64,000 nt of DNA from Mizuhopecten yessoensis (taxonomy: Eukaryota), in assembly GCF_002113885.1 (NCBI RefSeq), contig NW_018480038.1:73823-137822 (forward strand), in the 5' to 3' direction. Shown piece by piece: positions 55,831 through 64,000 of this stretch. The translations under genes were made by a program, and so were the position numbers. The first letter of the stretch is position 1, and every line of letters starts with the position of its first letter. The notes under the pieces were generated by a model. The model was not told where the DNA came from, made no database searches, and saw nothing but the letters and a program-made list of their open reading frames with translations.

Positions 55831-58179
55831 TACCAGAACCTCATAATTCAACACATTATCTCATCCTTCGTCACAGTTCGACATAACAACATTGAATCTG
55901 TTATTCAGTTCTGCATAACAAACTGATAAAATGTATTAGTTATTGGCAAGTTACTTTTAGATTCTTCATTTTTCTCTTTGAAAAGCAACGGGTCATCTGT
56001 TGGTTTCAATGAAAATATCATGATATGTTTAGGAATTTAAGCTATTCTGTTTAACGCGGAAATAATTATGTAGAAAATGTTAAGATTTATAAAAATAACG
56101 TCGTTAAATGATTTACGAGTTTCTGGAAAAATCAAAGGTTTTTTCTTGCTTCTGTGAATATTTTCATCGCTGCTATTCTATAAACAACATAATGAGGGAC
56201 ATTATGGCCCGAGCTCACGCGCCTTGAGAGAACGTCCCGTTATAAAAACTGCCGACCCTCCCTCTCCACGGCTACCCTAACCAACCGAGATGTTCTCAGA
56301 TTATTAAAACCTCCTCAAATACGTTTCACTTTTGATCTGTGTAAAGATTAAGGTATATTCGTGTATAATGTTAATCATCAATGATAAAGGCGCGGTAGAC
56401 ACTGCCTTTGACCTGGTCGCCCGCCTACTTCCCAGCTAATCACCACATCACAACAGCTAGAGTAGCACAAAACGTGTTCACCGTCACACCAATATCAAAT
56501 TAACATATTCGAACCACGATACGACGGCATGTTTAACTCGTTGCGTGAATGAATGCGAAACAGTGAGTAATTAGCGAGAAAGAAAGTATGATAATGAAAT
56601 TATTTTCATGAGTATTACTGTCTATGACATAATCGTATCGTTTCCGGTGGGTCCTTTTTCTTAGAGGATGGGGTAGGGCGCACGGTGGGCGGGTTAGGTA
56701 AAACATTAAAATTAAATGACCATGACTTCACCTAGGTCATATTTATGCAATATTACAGTTTTGATACACTATTTATCATATAGTTACCTCCTTTTAAACT
56801 TTACCGCAAATTTGTGTCACTGAAGTCTGTGGCGACGTTTTCAGGATTTTAAAGAGTGTTCAAAGACTCCCGAGGATGGCATGAGGTAAATGCAATAAAA
56901 GATATTTGCAATGCAAAATAGAGACAGCTGAAAATACGCATTGGAAGTGATAACAGGCATTTAAAACGAAGCTTTGTTACCATTAGTGTAAATATCACCT
57001 ATATATATAGTTGAATGCGTGATATCATTAACGGTATCAAATACCACTACGGCACTACAGAACTTAAAGAGTGAAAACACGTATGTACGTATCGGACTTG
57101 ATGCTGTCTATCAGCATTCAAATATAAAAGGACATCACTGTATTCGATGTGATGTACAAAAATGTAACATTATCAAACGTGTGTTTTCGGAAACGTGATA
57201 TCAGAAAACGGCATCAGAAAATCTCATTATTAAAACCAAACTAAAAATAAATAAAAAACGACATTATATAAACCAAAACGGCATTATAAAATCAGTTTCA
57301 TTATTAATACCATACTAGTCGTTCCTGGTGGTGCAAAATTGATACGGGTTCTCAACTTTCAGAAACCAACTAACATATAGGGTTTCTGTATACGTTTTTT
57401 TCCTACACAATGTGATACATTGGGACCTTGTTCAATGTTTGTTGAATATTTTTAGTAGAATGGCCATGTGCACCTTGTGATATGTCTATCAAATAACCTT
57501 GCTACCTGAGCACCATCTCAGCATCTAAACCAATATACGCATTACACGTGCTTTACGGATTTTGCCTGTGATTTCAACCCAAGATATCAAAGTTTAGAAT
57601 TAATCCAAAGCGAGTCTATGGGATTGGGGTTGATATATTTAGCCGGGAGGTTATATAAAAGGAAACTTTTCAGATACGTAGATTACTGGGCTACTTAACT
57701 AATCAACGCAAATCAGGCCTATGTCTCAGTCTTATTTTTCAGGCGACATTTCCTACGTCTCCGACAAGTCCAACTTGTTAGAAGAGCGATAACCTGTGAA
57801 CATTATGAGGTTGTGATGTTAAGATGTTGTTATTGACTGTCAAGGTAAATAAAGTGGTAGAGTATCGTCGGATTTGCTTGAACGTCAAAGAGCAGCACAG
57901 CGAGCACAGCTTCAAACAGCGCCCGTGTCTCCGTCTCGGCGGTCTTGGGGCGACTTCTAATTAACGGCGACGCTGCGGAATCGAGATCCGTACGATAACC
58001 AAACTATCGTGACCTCAAACGTGTGGTATGTTTTGATGTTGTCAGTGAACTGATACCTCTGATTTATCACATTGCGATGTAAGTATACAGTACGTTACAA
58101 CAGGATACAGCAATTTACAATAGGTACCGCCGGTAACAAAAGTGTACAAGTTCGGTAGCACAGGGGGTAACTGATTACA

Positions 58180-58665
58180 GCAAGTTATACTGATTAAAGT
58201 GATTTATATAGAACTACAGCAGGTCATACTGATTAGCTATAGCGCAAGTTATACTGATTAAAGTGATTTATATAGAACTACAGCAGGTCATACTGATTAG
58301 CTATAGCGCAAGTTATACTGGTTAAAACAAGATATACTGATTAAAGCAAGTTATAATAGTAAAAGCAATTTATACTGATTAGTGCAAGTTATACTTATTG
58401 AAGTGAGTTATACAGAGCTACAGCAAAGCTATACTGATTAGTGCAAGTTATACTAATTAAAGCAAGTTATACTGTTTAGTGCAAGTTATACTGATTAAAG
58501 CAAGTTATAATAATTAAAGCAAGTTATACTGTTTAGTGCAAGTTATACTGATTAAAGCAAGTTATACTAATTAAAGCAAGTTATACTGATTAGTGCAAGT
58601 TATACTGATTAAAGCAAGCTATACTAATTAAAGCAAGTTATATTTGGCTAAAGCAAGTTATTATG
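58180..58665. repeat. 19-bp minisatellite
   Basis: Unit GCAAGTTATACTGATTAAA and variants, with a larger duplicated block at 58180-58320. Confidence 0.9.
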
Positions 58666-60724
58666 GTTATAGAAGGTTTGGTGACAATACTTTATACTAG
58701 GTTACAGAAAGTAACGATAAGTTACAGCAGAGGTATAATTGCACGGGTCACGATCAACAAGTTCTGTCAAATCAAGCGTGTCCGCTGTCTTACTACCAAC
58801 GAAAACGGCCTTATCATCTCGTTAATGTTGACTTAGGAGATATGATCGGTATCATTCGCAGAAGTGTATTAAAGTTGTCGGTAATTGCGAGAAATCTGGC
58901 GGGAAGGCCCTACTGGACCAGGATGCTGAAAAGACGTCATGTTGATTCGCCCCTAAATGCCAATCAATCACAAAAGAACATCGAGATCGTTATCCCTGCC
59001 CTCAAATTCTTTCCTACATATATCTGATCATATATATGCCAATACTTAAAACATTAGAATGGCACGCGGACAGTGTCTGGCGCCGAGAGTCCTTCTTCAT
59101 AGCACCTTGCGTTGAGCCAAATAGCCACGCACAGGGGCCGCGTCAGTGTTACCGACATAAACCGACTGATAGCTTATAGCGCAGTGTCAAGCTTAACTTC
59201 CGAGAGGAAACAGTAGCACAAACGATAAATCTGATACCAAACATCACTTGTCTTTTCCATATACCCCTTAGATACGAATAGGAATGTTTAGGACGTATTT
59301 TGAAGTCGAATCTTCCGTATGAATAGATAGGGTATGAAATATTCCTGTAGAGTTACTCAGATGGAGTCAAAAGGTGACCAACCAGCTGTGGTCGGAATAA
59401 CACGGAAAGCAACATACGGAATGTAGGAATTATCCCCTACACGTTTGCAGGGCGCTGTCAGTTGCGGGTCCAATCTCTCTAAAACTCATCTGGAGCTGTT
59501 CAATACAAAACAGTCATCACGCTTGAGATTTTAACCTGATCTAATTGCGGGGCAATAACATTACACGTCAGCCGGCGGGGACTCACCTACAGCATTACAC
59601 AGAGCTTGTTAATGATATTAAAGCAGGTCCTGTTATTGCGAGCACACAGTTTATAGGCCTACTTATCTATTTGTTTAATTATCACCTTTTCCCACCTTAA
59701 AATATAAGCTAAAAGTGCAAAGCTGATGATTGCTGGGGATAACACTACTATACCTGAAAGGGAAGGTTTTATGTAGGTAAGTAAAACTGTATGTATCGCC
59801 CACGCTACTGACTTTTTACGATACCATCGACACATAATATAAGCGCGCTGGGTAAAAAACTGAATGAAAAATATTGACTAAGAAACGTTACTGGTCCATT
59901 AGGTGCCATTAATAAAACATATTGTAGATGTGTCTGTCGGATAGAACCAACATTATATCGTAGATGTGTGTTTCGGATAGAAGCACACCCACGCTCCCAC
60001 AGTCAATTCACCAGAGAACCAATCTACCCTATATCTACCGAGAAATGAAACTTATGAAGTAATTACGCTAATCAGAAAATAGTACACATTTTTGTGTGGG
60101 TGTTGTGAGTCCTGAATGAAATTAATTAGTTAATGTAGTGCTCTTGGTAACTGAGACACTGTTACAGTGGACCGAAATGTTTAGCCTCTGAATGCCGCGT
60201 CATTTCAGTTAGAAATATCCGTGTTTATATAAACTAGCTGACACATTTTCTGGTGTTTTTTTTATTTGCTTTGTGCTCATTTATTTTCTTCTAAACTGTT
60301 CCGTGAAACACATCCGAGAGCTGAATTCGGCAGGTTTGCAATTATTTTTTCCATACGTCATTAATTGTTTGGGGTAGTATTCAATAAACATCGTCCCTGC
60401 ATCACTATCATTTCGTCTTTCACCGGCGGACAAATTGAGACTTAGATCAGCCGACAGGTGAAAATCATATTCTACCATCGAAATAACAGGTATATATCTT
60501 TATTGATATTGTATCATTATAATAGTAATGACATGTGTGAGAAACAAAAAGTGTGAAGCCCGATCCGTTACACTCAGCTTGGGTAATTTTGTGCATTTTA
60601 AAAAAGAGAAACGATATAGCAGTCTGTAAAATAAAACATAAAGACTGAAATGTTCTGTTTACTAGTAGAGGGGAGGTAACTGGTGTAACAAGTGATGGCA
60701 ATACCATCCCTGATACTGTCTGCT

Positions 60725-60749
60725 CAGGGATGTGCAGTACACATTCCTG
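60725..60749. mobile_element. 25-bp relic consisting only of the terminal inverted repeats (TIRs) of the neighbouring MITE family
   Basis: CAGGGATGTG-CAGTA-CACATTCCTG, flanked by TGTCTGCT and TGTCTGCC (7/8 direct repeat). Confidence 0.6.
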
Positions 60750-60890
60750 TGTCTGCCTAAGCGTTATATTCGTTTATCTTTCAACAAGTTGACTTAATAT
60801 AAAATATTTTATGATATGTGCAGCTTTGATATAAATATTATAGGTAAACAATTAAATTATATACAGAGATGAATAAATAGTTTGTCTATC

Positions 60891-61019
60891 CAGGGATGTG
60901 TAGTGTTATAGTGGTACCCCATTGTTTCTTGTGATAGCCCATTGTTATAGTGATAACCCATTGTTATAGTGATAGCCCATTGATATAGTGATAGCCCTGT
61001 AGTCCACTACACATCCCTG
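60891..61019. mobile_element. 129-bp MITE (hAT- or P-superfamily-like) whose interior is a 19-bp tandem repeat
   Basis: Perfect 15-bp TIRs CAGGGATGTGTAGTG and CACTACACATCCCTG, flanking direct repeat GTCTATC (60884-60890 and 61020-61026), and about 5 internal copies of TTATAGTGATAGCCCATTG. Confidence 0.85.
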
Positions 61020-61485
61020 GTCTATCACTTCTATCCGAAAGTCGATCATAAAATAATCTTAATAATCAATGACATCACCAGCCTATTAAATTAACGCTAT
61101 CAGTTAACGCAGGTTAAATCGATACAACCGGTGAATGCTGTTTTGTGAGTATTTAAATGTGATTTGTTAATAGTTCGTCTACTGTATAGTATAGATTTAA
61201 ATTTGACAGGAAGAACCAGGTTTTAAAACTCTGTATTTTATGACTTTAATGATTTTAATTACAATGTCTATTCAGGTACATAATGAAAAGCATCAGTAGC
61301 AGTTATTTTTCACGAGTTATATGGTCAGGACTCGTTATGTTGGATATATGTTGGAATATGTAGCAAAAATACTTTTGCCAAGCAAATTCACTTCAACCTC
61401 ATCTTTTCATTCCTAGAGAAATTCACGTAAATATGGAGTTGCGTGCCCTTATGTTATTAACAGTCGCTAGACGTCTCTTGATTTC

Positions 61486-61547
61486 AATATGGCTGCGCCC
61501 TTGAGTACCAGCGTGAAACGGAACGTTATTTTATGTTACTTGTAAGA
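61486..61547 (+). promoter_or_regulatory. Putative TSS-proximal YY1-like element and first-exon splice donor of BCS1
   Basis: AATATGGCTGCGCCC (YY1-like AANATGGC) is followed by the donor-like TT|GTAAGA at 61542. The nearest downstream recognisable exon is BCS1. This is inference only. Confidence 0.45.
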
Positions 61548-61672
61548 AAACGATATTTACTGAATATGTCACATTCATATTGTTAAACATTATCATATAC
61601 TAACGAAAATGTTTCATAAATCAACCTATACAAATAAAGAGACAAAATACTTTTTTAAATGTTTCCCTAGGA

Positions 61673-63186
61673 AAACTATCCTACCATCACTGACCTTACA
61701 ATAACTAATGAGGGTATTAGGAAATTACTATCCAACCTCAACAGAAACAAATCTCCTGGTCCAGACAATATAAGCCCTAAAATTCTCCAGGAACTATCAG
61801 ATGAATTATCACCTATCCTCACTATTTTGTTTAATCATTCCCTAAACACAGGAGTTGTCCCCTCTGATTGGAAAATCGACATATATCTCTGGAACATATA
61901 GTTGTCAGTCATATAATGTCTCATGCAGATGAATACAATATAATGTCCCCCCTCCAAAACGGTTTTCGGCATTCAAGATCTTGCGAAACTCAGCTCTTTG
62001 AATTTATAGATGATGTATCAAAAAATGTACAAAATGGCAAATTTTCAAAAGCTTTTGATAAGGTCAGCCATTCTTTGTTGGTAAGCAAGCTGAATCACTA
62101 TGGTTCAGGAGGTAGGTCAACACCTGGATCAAATCTTTTCTAAGTGACAACACAGTCTGTCGTCTTGGAGGGAGGAAAGTCTGAGTATGTCGCAGTGGCC
62201 ATGGAGTCGGGAATCCCTCAGAGGTCGTTCCTTGGACCAAGTCTCTTTTCATATTATATAAACGACATCCCTGTTGGACTCTCATCATCTATTCGTCTAT
62301 TCGCAGACGACACTATGGTGTACTTGACTGTTGTCAACAAGGAGGACGCAGCAATCCTCCAATCCGATCTGCTTAAACTTGAAACGTGGGAAGAAAAATG
62401 GAAAATGGTCTTTCACCCAGATAAGCGCTCTGTTCTTTCAATCTGCCGTAACAATAAATCCTGTCCTTAATAACTATACTCTCCACAATCACACACTTGA
62501 ACATTTTGATAAGGCAAAGTACTGAGGAATCACATTGCAACAAGACCTTAAATGGGAGTCCCATATAAATAACATCACTAGGAAAGCAAATAAGACCCTG
62601 GGCTTCCTGAGAAGAAATTTTAAAATAAGCTGCAGGATCATTAAAGAACAGGCTTATAAGTCACTCGTCCGTCCATCTCTAGAGTATTCATCTCCTGTCT
62701 GGGACCCACACCTAAAATGTGATATTGAAAAATTAGAAATGGTACAGAGAAGGTCTGCACGCTATGTCACCAACAAATTTCATAACACCTTTAGCGTTGG
62801 TGACATGTTATTAGATCTTGGTTGGCGCAGTCTTCAGGCCAGACGTGAAGATGCACGGCTCTCCATGTTATACAAAATTACCCATAACTTTCAGTCCAGC
62901 AGAACACTCTTACACCCCAAACACGACAGGCCTGATTCTCTCACTCATACTCCTACCAAACACTTCATTCCAGAACTACCTGTAGACAAAAAACCTCCGA
63001 AGAACCATCTGTGACTGGAATAAACTGCCGTCTGTTACCGTAGAGTGTAAGACAACTGACTCCTTCAAAGCTGCCCTCCTATCTGCTCAATATTAAACAA
63101 CTTCACTCCCCCATCCTTTTCCTTCGCAGATCTCCGACATAACCTTCAACTAGATGAAGTAGGTCAGTATACGGGAGAAGAAGAAG
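61673..63186 (+). mobile_element. 5'-truncated CR1/L2-group LINE; decayed ORF2 RT with an intact 3' end
   Basis: Motifs KSPGPDNI, GVVPSDWK, QNGFR..RSCETQL, FSKAFDKVSH, GIPQRSFLGP, LFADDT, RPSLEYSSPVWDP and DWNKLP, with frameshifts and deletions. It ends with a 3' stem-loop CTTCA-ACTAGA-TGAAG and a (GAA)n tail. A candidate TAGGA TSD lies at 61668 and 63187. Confidence 0.95.
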
Positions 63187-63456
63187 TAGGATTGATACAG
63201 GACAGCTATATTTGGACCTAAACTAAGGTGTTCAGAGTAATTTTACATGCTGTAGATCTACTTTCGGTAAAAATGACACCCCAATGATCATATACTAGTA
63301 TATATAAAATATATGAATATATAAAATTACTCTGACCACCTTAGTTTAGGTCCAAATATAGCTGTAACAAATTCTCAGGTCCCTGTGAATGGTACCTGTG
63401 TCCTGTATCAATCCTACTTCTTCTCCTGTATACTGACCTACTTCATCTAGTTGAAG
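63144..63456. repeat. Long inverted repeat (fold-back) at the LINE 3' junction
   Basis: 63144-63204 pairs with 63399-63456, and 63202-63248 pairs with 63319-63365, each with only about 2 differences. Confidence 0.92.
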
Positions 63457-63893
63457 ATATTGAGTGATAAGTTTCTGAACCCAACAAGTTGAAAAAGTGA
63501 AATAAAAGGATTAGAGGAAACTTGGCAGTGTGCTTAACGTTGTTTATAAACAAAGTTTAGATATCACTTCACCTATTATCCATCGGTGAAATATTTTGTC
63601 AAAACTTTTTATTTGTATGAAAATCAAATGTGACATTTGATTACTTTGTGCACACAAAAATGTTGAAGGAAATCATTTCAAAATAAACCATTAACTTCTG
63701 AAAGATAACCTAAAAAAGTAATGAGCAGAAGGATGTCTTGTATCATATTCGATCAAAGTATTCTAGAAATAATATATATTTTATATGAATAATTTATTTA
63801 AACCAGCTGAACCAAAGAATGTAGATTTCATTTAATTTCTCATCTATATTTTTAAGATATGATTGAGTGAGCCGAGTACTGCCAACTTTAAGT

Positions 63894-64000
63894 ATGGGTT
63901 TGATGGAAATGGCCTCGTCCCTTACGGACAATCCCTACTTCGGTGCTGGAGCAGGGTTGTTTGGACTGGGATTTGCCACGGCTGTGTTGAAGAAAGGCAC
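63894..64000 (+). CDS. BCS1L: Mitochondrial chaperone BCS1 (AAA ATPase, complex III Rieske protein assembly); N-terminal coding exon, partial, runs off the window
   Basis: [35 protein letters not shown] aligns without gaps to the BCS1L N-terminus (human [35 protein letters not shown]). Strong Kozak context AGTATGG, and an upstream pyrimidine-rich acceptor ...TTTTTAAG| at 63856. Missed by the ORF track. Confidence 0.93.
   Translation, partial: MGLMEMASSLTDNPYFGAGAGLFGLGFATAVLKKG

Noticed and set aside
1-58700. Apparent excess of repeat units that are multiples of 3
   Set aside because: About 7-8 of 18, close to the one-third expected by chance

Overview
AT-rich animal genomic DNA, not prokaryotic. 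It is probably a marine invertebrate such as a bivalve mollusc, inferred from the SINE/LINE/Penelope types and the minisatellite load. About half of the 64 kb is roughly 18 mutually unrelated minisatellite arrays with units of 19-62 bp, and these generate almost all the long ORFs in the supplied track. Between them lie decayed mobile elements, most absent from the ORF track: a Penelope-like retroelement split by a tRNA-derived V-type SINE, a 269-bp TG..CA solo-LTR-like insertion with a target-site duplication (TSD) that can be checked against an empty repeat unit, two CAGGG-ended MITE-like elements, and two LINE reverse-transcriptase (RT) remnants. The only recognisable host gene is the start of the mitochondrial chaperone BCS1 (BCS1L) at the extreme right end. 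It has a putative YY1-marked first exon about 2.4 kb upstream, and the inferred first intron holds a LINE and a fold-back inverted duplication. I found no CRISPR array, operon or demonstrably new multi-gene system. The best leads are the BCS1 5' architecture, a Cys/His/Asp repeat ORF with coding-like variation, and the MITE-minisatellite relationships. Family assignments come from remembered motif consensus, not database searches.
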